In this document: positions 25,971 through 36,082 of the stretch, piece after piece
Layout: every line of letters begins with the position of its first letter
Position numbering within the stretch: the stretch's first letter is position 1
Origin: Planktomarina sp.
GTDB lineage: Bacteria; Pseudomonadota; Alphaproteobacteria; Rhodobacterales; Rhodobacteraceae
Reading direction: 5' to 3'
Length of the DNA stretch: 44,452 bases
Assembly: GCA_049613825.1 (NCBI GenBank)
Contig: JBMZCY010000001.1
Coordinates: 1-44,452, forward strand
Notes under the pieces: generated by a model
Databases searched by the model: none
The model's input: only the letters and a program-made list of their open reading frames with translations
What the model was told of the DNA's origin: nothing
Position numbers and translations under genes: made by a program

Positions 25971-28013
25971 TCACGAGGTTCCCGTCTGATTTGTGGCATT
26001 CGCCACTGGCTGTGCCCCGGTCAGGTGCCGCTTTGCAAGATTGGGATCAATAAGCCCGTTCATAATATCTGGTGAGAATTGAATGCCCAACTGTTCAAAA
26101 ATGTCAGAACATTGTCCATAGTCGCCTTGGATAACGCGATCAGTGTCCAACACAGATGCTTGTGGCACACGTTTGATCAGTTGTTCCAGACGATCTTCAT
26201 AGGCCAGCAAGAACATCCGCCAGTAATCGGTGCTTTGGGAATGCCTTTGCATAAAGGTTGTTTTGCAGATGCTTTTGATCGTGTCGCCAGCATTGCGGGT
26301 CAGAACCACCCAATGTGCATTGGGAAAGGCTTTGGCATACATTGGCCATACCAAAGTCAGCTTGGGATCTTTGAATCCCCAAGCCCCACCTTGATAGCCC
26401 TGACGCTGAATCGCCTGATGTAATTGATAGGCCAGATGCGGGAAGGGGGGTTGGGGAAACAGCGGTGGCAGCTTTGACACCCCCAAAGGATCTGCATCCA
26501 TATCTTTCAGAACCCCTTTCAAATACGTCTCACGCAGGGGTTCGTTTTCATAAAATCCGTATGGGTTGTTCGGGGTTGCCTTGACGGTCTGGCCTGTCCA
26601 GATCCCATGCTTTGCAAATGCACCCATCATGAGTGATGACCGCGTGCGCGGCGGGCTAACCACAAAGACAGGTGTCTCAAAGCTTAGTTTTATGGGCGTG
26701 GCGATCTGTGGAGCGGCCAATTTGGACGGGGTCGGCAATTTTTGCTTGGGACGGTCCCGCCAGCTGCGTGTTGCCTGCCCGACCCAATCCTTGATCCCCT
26801 GACGGGTCAGCTGTTCTTTGGCAATGGTGGTGGCTGCGGGATAAGCGCTGTCCGCACGCGCAGCACCACCCCAGAACCAGTGGGACGTTTTGTTCATAAT
26901 CGCCAGAAACGGAACATCGCTGCAGCCTGCGAAATGCCAGTTTGCGCTGTCTACAGAAATCACCCCTGCCAGATCGCGAATTACATTGCTGGTCGCCTGC
27001 GGGTTAGATGTGACATCCATAAACGGAATAGACACGCGGCTGTCTTGCATCAGCATGGTACGTTCGGCATCGGTCATATCAAACTGCAACGGGATGTAAT
27101 CCGCATGTTTGGGCAGCATGTCCAAAAAGAAGTGCAGCGGGATATGACGTTCTTCGCGACGGTTCTGGCCTGATCCGCCCCGCCAGCAAATCCCGATGAC
27201 AGGCCGGTCCAGCGGCCCGCGTGTAGGGGCATAGGGGCGAGGGGCTGATAGGGGGAATGCATTGTCCGCCGACAGGGATCGCGACAGGAAATCTGCAGAA
27301 CAATGGCACGGCTTGCCGCGCAACTTTTCTGGAATATTGCCGTAATAAATAAACTGTCCCTTGGGGAACCAGTCCCGCACCAAGGCGGCATAGTGTTTTG
27401 CCCCGATAAACGTCGATGTGGCGTGATTGCCTTGTTGCCGGATGTGGGCCAGGTGAAACATCATGTCCCCCACACCTTGTTCCAAAATGATGCGGTCGAC
27501 ATCTTGCGCTGGGTCCGCAGGCAGCGGGGCATAGCGCAAAGAATCGGGTACAATTTTTGGGAACATGATCGCCTTATTGCGGCTGGCATACAGACGGAAC
27601 CCTGCGCGGGGGCGGTTGTGCCACAAACAATAGATCCCAGCCGAACATTTGAAATCAGCCTGTAACGTCTCATCCCCCACGGCGATTGGATGGGACCGTA
27701 GCATTTTAGCTGTACGGTACTGATGTTGGCGAATGGCCAAGCGATACCGGATGGGAAGCAGGCCTTTTGCAACCTTCAGCGTTGCATTCAGTTGGTTTGC
27801 CGCGGCCAGGTCGCCTGTCTGATAAATTGCACACCCCAGTTGCAACATGTTCAACGTATGGTGCTGCCCCGCAGTTTGCAGGCGGGACCGCTGTGGGATG
27901 ATTGGTTCGATCAACGCCCACGTTGCCGACACTTCGCCCTTTTGAAAAGCTTGATCTGCTTTTTCCAATGCTTCTTCCAAAGAAGCGTTCGTCGCGGCCG
28001 TTTGTACATTCAC
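25971..28013 (-). CDS. Multidomain protein: helical N-terminus, GT9-like domain and sulfotransferase domain
   Basis: GT9-like: EQGVGD, IGICWRGG, VISVDSANWHFAG. Sulfotransferase-like: VFVVSPPRTRSS, NPYGFYE, WGFKDPKL, LTRN..DTIKS. Confidence 0.75.
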   Translation of the reverse strand: MNVQTAATNASLEEALEKADQAFQKGEVSATWALIEPIIPQRSRLQTAGQHHTLNMLQLGCAIYQTGDLAAANQLNATLKVAKGLLPIRYRLAIRQHQYRTAKMLRSHPIAVGDETLQADFKCSAGIYCLWHNRPRAGFRLYASRNKAIMFPKIVPDSLRYAPLPADPAQDVDRIILEQGVGDMMFHLAHIRQQGNHATSTFIGAKHYAALVRDWFPKGQFIYYGNIPEKLRGKPCHCSADFLSRSLSADNAFPLSAPRPYAPTRGPLDRPVIGICWRGGSGQNRREERHIPLHFFLDMLPKHADYIPLQFDMTDAERTMLMQDSRVSIPFMDVTSNPQATSNVIRDLAGVISVDSANWHFAGCSDVPFLAIMNKTSHWFWGGAARADSAYPAATTIAKEQLTRQGIKDWVGQATRSWRDRPKQKLPTPSKLAAPQIATPIKLSFETPVFVVSPPRTRSSLMMGAFAKHGIWTGQTVKATPNNPYGFYENEPLRETYLKGVLKDMDADPLGVSKLPPLFPQPPFPHLAYQLHQAIQRQGYQGGAWGFKDPKLTLVWPMYAKAFPNAHWVVLTRNAGDTIKSICKTTFMQRHSQSTDYWRMFLLAYEDRLEQLIKRVPQASVLDTDRVIQGDYGQCSDIFEQLGIQFSPDIMNGLIDPNLAKRHLTGAQPVANATNQTGTS

Positions 28014-28046
28014 GGGGGTTAGGGTCCTGTTATGGTATCCAAAAGA

Positions 28047-29321
28047 TCAATCGGCACTGTCTTGAAGGTCCGTGCGGGCATCGATCAAAGATTGGAAAAG
28101 TTCTTCGTGTTTGGGCAGAAGTTTGCTGGCAGCATAGATGTTTTCAGCCCGTGCCCGTGCCCGCCCACCCCGTTTGCGGGCATCTTTTGGGTTGTTGAGC
28201 GTTTTATGGATTGCAGCCGTCAATGCATCTATGTCTGTGTGAGTGACCCGCAGGGCCTGACTGTCATGGGGAAGGGCTTCTACCAAAGGCGGTGTATCCG
28301 ACACAACCAGCGGGGCGGCGGATGCCATAGATTCGATCAGTGACCATGACAGAACAAACGGTTTGGTCAGATACACGTGACAATCTGACCGGCGCAGCAG
28401 TTTTGCATAATCCTGTAACGACAGTCTGCCCAACAGATGCAGGCGTTTTTTGTCAAAGTCATGTTCCGCCAGTGCACGTTTCAGGTAGCTGTCCCCTTCG
28501 GGCAATTTCCCCCCGTAGTGAACACTGTCATTGCCTGCAATGGCGCAATGTATATCGGGATTTTCCTTCATGACTCTGGACGCTGCTGCCATAAATTCTG
28601 GAAAGCCGCGTGTGGGTTCCATGCCGCGCGTAGCATAGGTCAAAAAACGTGTTTTGGGGTCAAATTTCGTCTGCCCGATGGTAAATTCCGCACGTTCGAT
28701 TTCGGGATGAAAAAAATCACAATCTACCCCGTCGTGCAGAATATGAATATTCTTGCGCAGCACTTTTGGCACATCTAAAGCTTGAAACCGCGTTGGGATC
28801 AAAATTGCATCTGCCTGCATCGCATCCAGCATAAACGGCAGATTGCGTGCATGGGTTTGGGCGCGGGCGTTGGCTTCCTCAGCAGGAGACAGTTTTTTGT
28901 AAGGCGGGTTAATGTCCCGCGGCGGATGAGCGTACCACCATTCCAGATATTGCACAAACACGGCATCCGGCCAGACAGCCTTGGCAAAACTACCACTGCC
29001 CCAACCGGAATGGGCAACGATGATATCCGGGTTAATATTTGAATTTGCCATGCGGATCGCTTGGCCGGCAAATCCCTGTCCGGTCAGGACTGCCTTTTCC
29101 AATCCGCGCAGATAACGATGGGTCTGCTGGGACGGTTCGCGCGGCCTGCGATATCCCAAAACCCGCACCCCATCTGTGAATTTTTGGAACTTTTTAGTGT
29201 CGAAAATTTTGTTTTCACCGGCTGCATGCACGTCCCATCCACGATTTTGCAAATAGCCTGCTAAACTGCGGAATTGGGCGGGGAAATTATCATGGATAAA
29301 CAGGATGGAGGGGGCAGCCAT
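28047..29321 (-). CDS. GT4-family glycosyltransferase
   Basis: ILFIHDNFPAQF, AHSGWG, RGMEPTRGF, YLTKPFVLSWSLIESMAS. Confidence 0.92.
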   Translation of the reverse strand: MAAPSILFIHDNFPAQFRSLAGYLQNRGWDVHAAGENKIFDTKKFQKFTDGVRVLGYRRPREPSQQTHRYLRGLEKAVLTGQGFAGQAIRMANSNINPDIIVAHSGWGSGSFAKAVWPDAVFVQYLEWWYAHPPRDINPPYKKLSPAEEANARAQTHARNLPFMLDAMQADAILIPTRFQALDVPKVLRKNIHILHDGVDCDFFHPEIERAEFTIGQTKFDPKTRFLTYATRGMEPTRGFPEFMAAASRVMKENPDIHCAIAGNDSVHYGGKLPEGDSYLKRALAEHDFDKKRLHLLGRLSLQDYAKLLRRSDCHVYLTKPFVLSWSLIESMASAAPLVVSDTPPLVEALPHDSQALRVTHTDIDALTAAIHKTLNNPKDARKRGGRARARAENIYAASKLLPKHEELFQSLIDARTDLQDSAD

Positions 29322-29378
29322 TGAAGCCTCTTGTCTGGTAACATTATTTACGATTACGATACATTACATTCATTTGGG

Positions 29379-29418
29379 AATATATTGTTAAATCACCAGA
29401 AACATTAAACAATATATT
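29379..29418. promoter_or_regulatory. 11-bp inverted repeat in AT-rich divergent promoter region
   Basis: AATATATTGTT (29379-29389), an 18-bp spacer, then AACAATATATT (29408-29418). Confidence 0.45.
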
Positions 29419-29533
29419 TTACCATATAAGACAAAGGAACGGCTTACAGGCCAGGCGTGTTTTAACCTGACCTAGACAAATAAGACTGGCCCACACACCA
29501 AGCTAAAACTGATTTTCCATCCATGACAGCCCT

Positions 29534-30601
29534 TTGGACCGCCCTATGCATATTGCAGCTTTTGGAATGCAGACTAAACATGATGCGATGCAAAAGGTTC
29601 GTCTTGCCGATCCTTTGACAAATATGGCCGCGACAAAACGTGCGTCTTATGATCTATATTTTGGCGGTTTGCCTGATCCAAAATTAACACCCAAAGATGT
29701 TACCCCGCCAGATATTGCATGGTTTTATCGCACCCATGTTGGTACAGGTCCCAATGTTATGACATTTGCCGAACGGGGCGGTTTGCTGGTTCTGGATTTG
29801 GATGACCATCCCGGTTTTTTGATAAATCACACAAAGTCCGATTTCTTGACCTTGCGCAACGTGCATGCGGTCATGGCTTCTACCGCGTCGTTGGCTGCTG
29901 TGATCAGGCAGATAAATCCAAATGTGTATGTTGTTAAAAATGCCGTCAGCGATGTTCAACAGTCACAGGCAATCACCGCAAAACGTCACGATGGTCCTTT
30001 GCGTGTTCTGTATGGCGCGTTGAACCGGGCAGATGACTGGACTGAGCAATGTGCAGCATTGGCACCTTATTTTCAGACCCACAGCGCAGACTTCACAGTC
30101 ACTGTGATCTTTGACAAAAAGGTTGCAAACAGCCTGCGTTCCAGCATCCCCGTACAGTTTATTCCGCTCGTGAAATATCAAAGCTATCTGGATCAGGTCC
30201 GGCAGGCCGATGTGATGCTGATGCCTTTGCGCGATACGCCTTTCAACTGCACCAAATCAGATTTGAAGCTGATAGAATGTTTGGCAAATGGCACCGTTCC
30301 CATCATTTCGGAAACGATGGCTAAAATCACAACGGTGCCGGACACATGCTATTTGGTGGCCCGCACACCTATGGATTGGGGGACACATCTGACAGCCCTG
30401 CGCAGCCAGCCAGATCTATTGCATGCGATCCGCCAAACAGGTTTGGCCCATGTTCGGGCACATAGAACAATGGAACAACAGGCTGATCGGCGTTTGAACA
30501 TATTGTCTGCTTTGCAATCGACACACAGCATATTACAATACCAGCGACTACAACGTCTGCTGCCCAGGGATGAACATTCACCGTATCCCAAGTTTACGTA
30601 A
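29534..30601 (+). CDS. GT-B fold glycosyltransferase (GT4-like)
   Basis: LVLDLDD, PLRDTPFNCTKSDLKLIECLANG. Start may be ATG 29546. Confidence 0.8.
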   Translation: MDRPMHIAAFGMQTKHDAMQKVRLADPLTNMAATKRASYDLYFGGLPDPKLTPKDVTPPDIAWFYRTHVGTGPNVMTFAERGGLLVLDLDDHPGFLINHTKSDFLTLRNVHAVMASTASLAAVIRQINPNVYVVKNAVSDVQQSQAITAKRHDGPLRVLYGALNRADDWTEQCAALAPYFQTHSADFTVTVIFDKKVANSLRSSIPVQFIPLVKYQSYLDQVRQADVMLMPLRDTPFNCTKSDLKLIECLANGTVPIISETMAKITTVPDTCYLVARTPMDWGTHLTALRSQPDLLHAIRQTGLAHVRAHRTMEQQADRRLNILSALQSTHSILQYQRLQRLLPRDEHSPYPKFT

Positions 30602-30751
30602 CCGGGCCCTTCTTTGATTTTGTTGCGGGACGGTGCCCGCTGCCTTAGGGTTGCACTCTATATCAGGTGCAACGTGGATTGCATTTTTACGCAGACATGG
30701 GACATGACCTGATGGATAGAATGATAACAGCCAGTGATTCCAAGGCGATCC

Positions 30752-31504
30752 ATGACGCAAAAAGGTGATATTGCAAAAGGGGCAGGGCGGGTTCTAATGA
30801 TCCTGGAAATCCTTGCAGAACGGGGTCCGTTGAACCTGGAACAGGTGACGACGCACACCGGTATTTCGCGCATGGCATCATATCGCGGATTGAAGACACT
30901 AGAAGATCAGGGATGGATTCGGGCGCATATGGGGACGGGGGCGTTTGCGGTCACTGCGCAGTTCGTCAACAAAATGCGCCGCGCGTATCAAACCTATGAC
31001 GAAATCGACCGATTCATGCCTAAACTGAAAGACATCGCAAAGCTGTCGAAAATTCATTTTGATGTGGCTGTGCTGGAAGATTTGGTCGTGCCGCGTGTTG
31101 TGGAAAGCAACCGCCGCAACCGGTTGCCGGATTCCCCGAATTTTTTTGACAGTCCGTTTTCCTTTGTCGCACTATCCGCAGAAGAGCCGCGCATGCGGAT
31201 GATGGTCCTTCAAGCAGCGATGGAGGAGGCCACCCCGATCCAGCAAGAAATGATCCGCCGGGGCGAAATTAACGCAAAAATTCGGGCCATCGGGGAACAG
31301 GGATATCTGGAAGATACATTGAACAAATCATTGATCATTCCCTTGCGCGGATACAACAGTTTTTCCGGCGCGTTACGGGTTATGTCATCCGTTGCACGCA
31401 GGCCGCGCCTGCCTGAAATTCATGCCATTGTAGATGATCTGCAGTCGGGCACCATTCCCAACATCCCGTCACGGTCTGTTATCCAGAATTTAAACCTGAG
31501 CTAA
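30752..31504 (+). CDS. IclR-family-like transcriptional regulator
   Basis: N-terminal HTH RVLMILEILAERGPLNLEQVTTHTGISRMASYRGLKTLEDQGWI. About 250 aa with a divergent effector domain. Confidence 0.8.
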   Translation: MTQKGDIAKGAGRVLMILEILAERGPLNLEQVTTHTGISRMASYRGLKTLEDQGWIRAHMGTGAFAVTAQFVNKMRRAYQTYDEIDRFMPKLKDIAKLSKIHFDVAVLEDLVVPRVVESNRRNRLPDSPNFFDSPFSFVALSAEEPRMRMMVLQAAMEEATPIQQEMIRRGEINAKIRAIGEQGYLEDTLNKSLIIPLRGYNSFSGALRVMSSVARRPRLPEIHAIVDDLQSGTIPNIPSRSVIQNLNLS

Positions 31505-31525
31505 GCCGCATGCAAGGCGGGGCTT

Positions 31526-32398
31526 CTAAATCTGCCCATCCGCCAATTTAGCCAGATATTCCCCATAATCATTTTTTGCCAGCATCGCAGCCCGTTTGCG
31601 TAAGGCATCACGGGTGATCCAACCTTGCTCAAAAGCGATTTCTTCCAGACATCCCGTTTGCAGGCCCTGACGGTTTTGTAAGGTTCGCCCAAAGTTTCCG
31701 GCATCCAGTAAAGATGCATGGGTGCCGGTGTCCAACCATGCATAACCCCGACCCATCTTTTGGATCTGCAAACCGCCTTCATCAAGATAGGTTTGCAGCA
31801 GGTCGGTAATCTCTAACTCGCCACGGGGCGACGGTTTGATCGATCGGGCCCGGCGCGGTGCGTCACCATCAAGGAAATACAGGCCCGTGACCGCCAGGTT
31901 CGACGGTGGCACATCGGGTTTTTCAATAATCTGCGTGACAGTGCCATCCGCGTCAAAGCCCACAACACCATAACGTTCGGGGTCCGCCACATGGTATCCG
32001 AACACTGTTCCGCCCACGGCGACATCTGCCGCTGCCAGCAAGTCTGGCAAAGCATGACCAAAGAAGATGTTGTCGCCCAGAACCATCGCAGACGGGGCAC
32101 CTGCCAGAAAATCTTCGGCCAAGATATACGCCTGCGCCAAACCGTCTGGGTTTTCCTGAATGATATAGGTGATCGACACACCGTAATCCGATCCATCCCC
32201 CAAGGCGCGTTTGAACTGATCATGGTCATGGGGGGTCGTGATCATCGCGATATCGCGGATGCCTGCCAGCAGCAGCACCGACAGCGGGTAATAAATCATC
32301 GGCTTGTCATAGATCGGAAGCAGTTGTTTCGACACACCCATGGTGATCGGATACAGCCGTGTGCCGGACCCGCCAGCCAGAACAATTCCTTTGCGCAT
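31526..32398 (-). CDS. rmlA: Glucose-1-phosphate thymidylyltransferase
   Basis: [43 protein letters not shown]. Start is ATG 32398 or 32401. Confidence 0.97.
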   Translation of the reverse strand: MRKGIVLAGGSGTRLYPITMGVSKQLLPIYDKPMIYYPLSVLLLAGIRDIAMITTPHDHDQFKRALGDGSDYGVSITYIIQENPDGLAQAYILAEDFLAGAPSAMVLGDNIFFGHALPDLLAAADVAVGGTVFGYHVADPERYGVVGFDADGTVTQIIEKPDVPPSNLAVTGLYFLDGDAPRRARSIKPSPRGELEITDLLQTYLDEGGLQIQKMGRGYAWLDTGTHASLLDAGNFGRTLQNRQGLQTGCLEEIAFEQGWITRDALRKRAAMLAKNDYGEYLAKLADGQI

Positions 32399-33240
32399 CA
32401 TAGGGACAAGTCCTTTAAAATATCTGTGATCCCTTGCCGCCAGTCGGGGCGGGGGATGTTGAATGTGGTGTGTATACTGCTGCAATCCATACGGGAATTC
32501 AGCGGACGTGCCGCAGGGGTGGGATAGTCGGACGACGGGATATCTGTGACATCACATGTGATCCCCGCTTGGTCAAAGATCGCCCGCGCGAAATCTGCCC
32601 AACTGACATCCGGCGCACCTGCAAAATGGTACGTTCCACCTGTGTTAGGGTCTGTTTTCAGCTGACCTGCAATCATCAAACACGCCGCTGCAATATCTGC
32701 TGCGGGGGTTGGTCCACCAATCTGATCTGCCACGATTGTCAGCGCATCACGATCCGCACCCAGCCGCAGCATGGTTTTCAGAAAATTGTTGCCATGGGCC
32801 GAAAAGACCCACGATGTGCGCAGGATTGCATGGGTTACCCCTGACGCGCGCACGGCATCCTCGCCCGCCAGTTTGGTTCGGCCATATGTACCCAAAGGGG
32901 ACGTTGGGTCTGTGGACTGCCAAGGATCTATACCATCCCCCGCAAACACATAATCGGTCGAGATATGGACCAACGGGATATTCAGTTTGGCACAGGCATC
33001 GGCCATTTCTGCAACCGCATGGCCGTTGATTTGAAGGGCGGCCGCTTCGTCGTCTTCCGCCTGATCCACAGCTGTATAGGCGGCGGCATTGATCACAGCC
33101 GTTGGTTGATGTGCTGCAATTGCTGCCACCACATTTCCTGTCACAGACAGATCACACACGTCGCGGCCAAGGCATAGAACATCCCCTTGCCGTGCCAGTT
33201 CTGTCGCGACCTGACCGGATTTTCCGAAGACTAAAATCAT
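32398..33240 (-). CDS. rmlD: dTDP-4-dehydrorhamnose reductase
   Basis: [37 protein letters not shown]. Confidence 0.96.
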   Translation of the reverse strand: MILVFGKSGQVATELARQGDVLCLGRDVCDLSVTGNVVAAIAAHQPTAVINAAAYTAVDQAEDDEAAALQINGHAVAEMADACAKLNIPLVHISTDYVFAGDGIDPWQSTDPTSPLGTYGRTKLAGEDAVRASGVTHAILRTSWVFSAHGNNFLKTMLRLGADRDALTIVADQIGGPTPAADIAAACLMIAGQLKTDPNTGGTYHFAGAPDVSWADFARAIFDQAGITCDVTDIPSSDYPTPAARPLNSRMDCSSIHTTFNIPRPDWRQGITDILKDLSL

Positions 33241-34283
33241 GCTTTCACACCAAGCCTGTCGCCAACCCCGTCACGGTTTTGCAGCGCTTTCCACCACGCC
33301 TCATTATCCAGATACCACTGTACGGTCTTTTCCAAGCCCTGTTCCAAGGTCACCGGCGGACGCCAGCCCAATTCAGTGCGGATGCGCGTGGGATCGATCG
33401 CATAGCGTTGGTCATGACCCGGGCGGTCCGTCACATAGGTGATCAAGTCGCCGTAAGGCTTAGAACCCGGCCGCAATCGGTCCAGATGGGCGCAGATCAT
33501 TTGCACAATTTCAATATTCTGCGCTTCGTTTTCACCACCAATATTATAGCTGCGCCCCACTTGGCCGCGCTGCATCACAGTCAGCAGGGCATCTGCGTGG
33601 TCTTCCACATACAGCCAGTCGCGCACGTTATCGCCTTTGCCATAGACAGGGATCGGCTTGCCAGCCAGTGCGTTCAAGATCACCACAGGGATCAGCTTTT
33701 CGGGGAAGTGATACGGCCCGTAATTATTCGAACAATTCGTCATCACCACAGGTAGGCCATAAGTCTCGGACCACGCGCGAACCAGATGATCCGATGATGC
33801 TTTGGACGCAGAATACGGACTGCGCGGATCATAGGCGGTGTCTTCCGTGAACATCACTTCAGGATCATTGGGCAGCGATCCGAAGACCTCATCAGTGGAA
33901 ATATGGTGGAACCGGAAACTATCCGGTTTGCCCGCCCCCGTCCAATACGCCCGCGCCGCTTCCAACAGATGGAACGTTCCCATAATGTTGGTCTGCATGA
34001 AATCCGCAGGCCCGTCGATGGACCGGTCCACGTGGGATTCTGCCGCCAGATGCATCACCGCATCCGGTTGGAAATCTGCAAAAACAGAGTCTAATGCAGC
34101 CCGATCACAGATATCTGCCTGCACAAAGCGATAGTTCGGGGCATCTGCAACAGATACCAGATTGTCCAGACACGCAGCATAGGTCAGCGCGTCCAAATTT
34201 AGAACATCATGCCCTGCAGTCACGGCTTGCCGCACCACGGCGGATCCGATGAACCCGGCCCCGCCTGTGACGATCAACTTCAT
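33237..34283 (-). CDS. rmlB: dTDP-glucose 4,6-dehydratase
   Basis: [38 protein letters not shown]. Confidence 0.97.
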   Translation of the reverse strand: MKLIVTGGAGFIGSAVVRQAVTAGHDVLNLDALTYAACLDNLVSVADAPNYRFVQADICDRAALDSVFADFQPDAVMHLAAESHVDRSIDGPADFMQTNIMGTFHLLEAARAYWTGAGKPDSFRFHHISTDEVFGSLPNDPEVMFTEDTAYDPRSPYSASKASSDHLVRAWSETYGLPVVMTNCSNNYGPYHFPEKLIPVVILNALAGKPIPVYGKGDNVRDWLYVEDHADALLTVMQRGQVGRSYNIGGENEAQNIEIVQMICAHLDRLRPGSKPYGDLITYVTDRPGHDQRYAIDPTRIRTELGWRPPVTLEQGLEKTVQWYLDNEAWWKALQNRDGVGDRLGVKA

Positions 34284-34846
34284 TGGGATGCCTCATAGGT
34301 GAACGGGGATTGGAAATCTTTTAGCATCGGGGCGACCTCGTCTTTGCCGGACAGCACAGCAGGACCCACATCAGGCCAGTCAATCCCAATATCAGGATCA
34401 TTCCATGCCACGGCCCCATCACAGTCAGGCGCGTAGTAATCGGTGCATTTATAGATAATCTCACAATCATCCGTCAGTGCCATGAACCCATGCAAAAACC
34501 CTGCGGGAACCAACAGCTGTTTGCCGTTTTCAAACGACAGGGTTTCGCCCACCCACTTCCCATACGTCGGACTGCCCACGCGAATGTCCACGGCCACATC
34601 AAACAACGCCCCGCGCCCGCAGCGGACCAGCTTGTCTTGCGCATGGGGGGGCGATTGGAAATGCAGTCCCCGCACTGTGCCAGCCTGTGTGGAGAACGAA
34701 TGATTGTCTTGCACAAAATCGAACTGCAGATCTGCATCTGCCATCCGCGCGGCGTTCCAGCTTTCACTGAAAAACCCCCGCGCGTCGCCAAAGCGGGCAG
34801 GGCTCAGGATCAGAACATCCGGTAAGGCAGTGGGTGTAATTTGCAC
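34280..34846 (-). CDS. rmlC: dTDP-4-dehydrorhamnose 3,5-epimerase
   Basis: [27 protein letters not shown]. Confidence 0.97.
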   Translation of the reverse strand: MQITPTALPDVLILSPARFGDARGFFSESWNAARMADADLQFDFVQDNHSFSTQAGTVRGLHFQSPPHAQDKLVRCGRGALFDVAVDIRVGSPTYGKWVGETLSFENGKQLLVPAGFLHGFMALTDDCEIIYKCTDYYAPDCDGAVAWNDPDIGIDWPDVGPAVLSGKDEVAPMLKDFQSPFTYEASQ

Positions 34847-34948
34847 GGATGAACATCCTTATTGCTACGGGCTTTGCTTATCACATTTTTTGATTGACAG
34901 AACTACGTTAATGTCCCCCAAATATAGTAAATCTATAATAGCATCACT

Positions 34949-36043
34949 GTGGCCGCTGAATTTCATATTGACCCCCATACTGCCCTGACGGCGGACATCC
35001 GGATTGTCGATCAGGCGATGCTGGTGCCGTTTGACGACAAGCACCCCCGTCGTGCCCCTGCTTTGGGGGGGGTGCTGACAAAATTCGGTGGCTTCGTGGG
35101 ATCTTCGGCGCATTTCATGACCGAGACACGCCCGCAAACCGTAGCCCCGAACCATGCATCGGCCAAAGACCCGAATACCCGCCAAGGCACGTGGCTGTAT
35201 GGTGGCAAACATGACAACCGTTTCGGACATTTTCTGGTGGAAACACTGGCGCGGTTATGGGCCTTGGATGCAGGTTTAGGGGATGTGGACGGTGTGGCGT
35301 TTATCCCCAAGAAAGTGATGCCTGCAGCACGGTCCATAAAACAAATGACCCAGACGCGGGACTTGTTTGCCATGATCGCGGATATGCCCCCTTACGACGT
35401 GGTGACCCGTCCCACACGGTTTGACCGTTTAATTGTCCCCCCCCAAGGCTGCGGTGCAGGCATGCTGGCCCCCGGCTGCCCCGAATTTCGCGCCTTTATC
35501 CGCAACCGGTTTGCGACGGGCATTCTACCATCGCAGCTGGGATCAAAAATCTATGTCTCTCGCACTAAAATTCGCAACACACCGGGTCATATTCTGTTCG
35601 AAGATGTGATCGAAGCGGCAGCAATGGCCGAAGGGTATGAGGTGTATCACCCGCAGGACCATACATTGCCCGACCAAATCGCGCGGTATCGCGGCGCAAG
35701 TCAGATCTTGGGCGTCGAAGGGTCTGCGTTCCATCTGATTGCCATGGCCAACCCCCCCAGTGCCAGGATCGGCATGATCCGGCGGCGGCAAGGCACGGCC
35801 CCTTTGGGATTTTCTGATCAAGTGTTCCTCATGACGGGGCGTCCATGTGCCTTGCTGGGCGATGTGGTTGCGGCATTCTTTATCCCCGGCACCCATGCGA
35901 TGGCAAACGCCGTGCTGGATTTACAGAGGCTGTTTGCACAGCTAGGGGATGAAGGGTTTTTCAAACACCGCCACGATGTGACAGAGCCGTCAGAGGATGC
36001 GATCCAGTTGGCAAAGGCCGCACTGCAAGCAAGTATTTTTTGA
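34949..36043 (+). CDS. GT61/DUF563-family glycosyltransferase
   Basis: FGHFLVETLARLW, KIYVSR, YHPQDHTLPDQI, GVEGSAFH. Confidence 0.85.
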   Translation: MAAEFHIDPHTALTADIRIVDQAMLVPFDDKHPRRAPALGGVLTKFGGFVGSSAHFMTETRPQTVAPNHASAKDPNTRQGTWLYGGKHDNRFGHFLVETLARLWALDAGLGDVDGVAFIPKKVMPAARSIKQMTQTRDLFAMIADMPPYDVVTRPTRFDRLIVPPQGCGAGMLAPGCPEFRAFIRNRFATGILPSQLGSKIYVSRTKIRNTPGHILFEDVIEAAAMAEGYEVYHPQDHTLPDQIARYRGASQILGVEGSAFHLIAMANPPSARIGMIRRRQGTAPLGFSDQVFLMTGRPCALLGDVVAAFFIPGTHAMANAVLDLQRLFAQLGDEGFFKHRHDVTEPSEDAIQLAKAALQASIF

Positions 36044-36082
36044 GTTTTTTAAAGCAATAGAAATTGTATTTCTAATGCACAT

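Noticed and set aside
23596-35072. G/C homopolymers of 7-8 nt in the SGNH-like, rmlC and GT61 genes as phase-variation tracts
   Set aside because: All frames are intact, and runs of this length are expected in GC-rich DNA.
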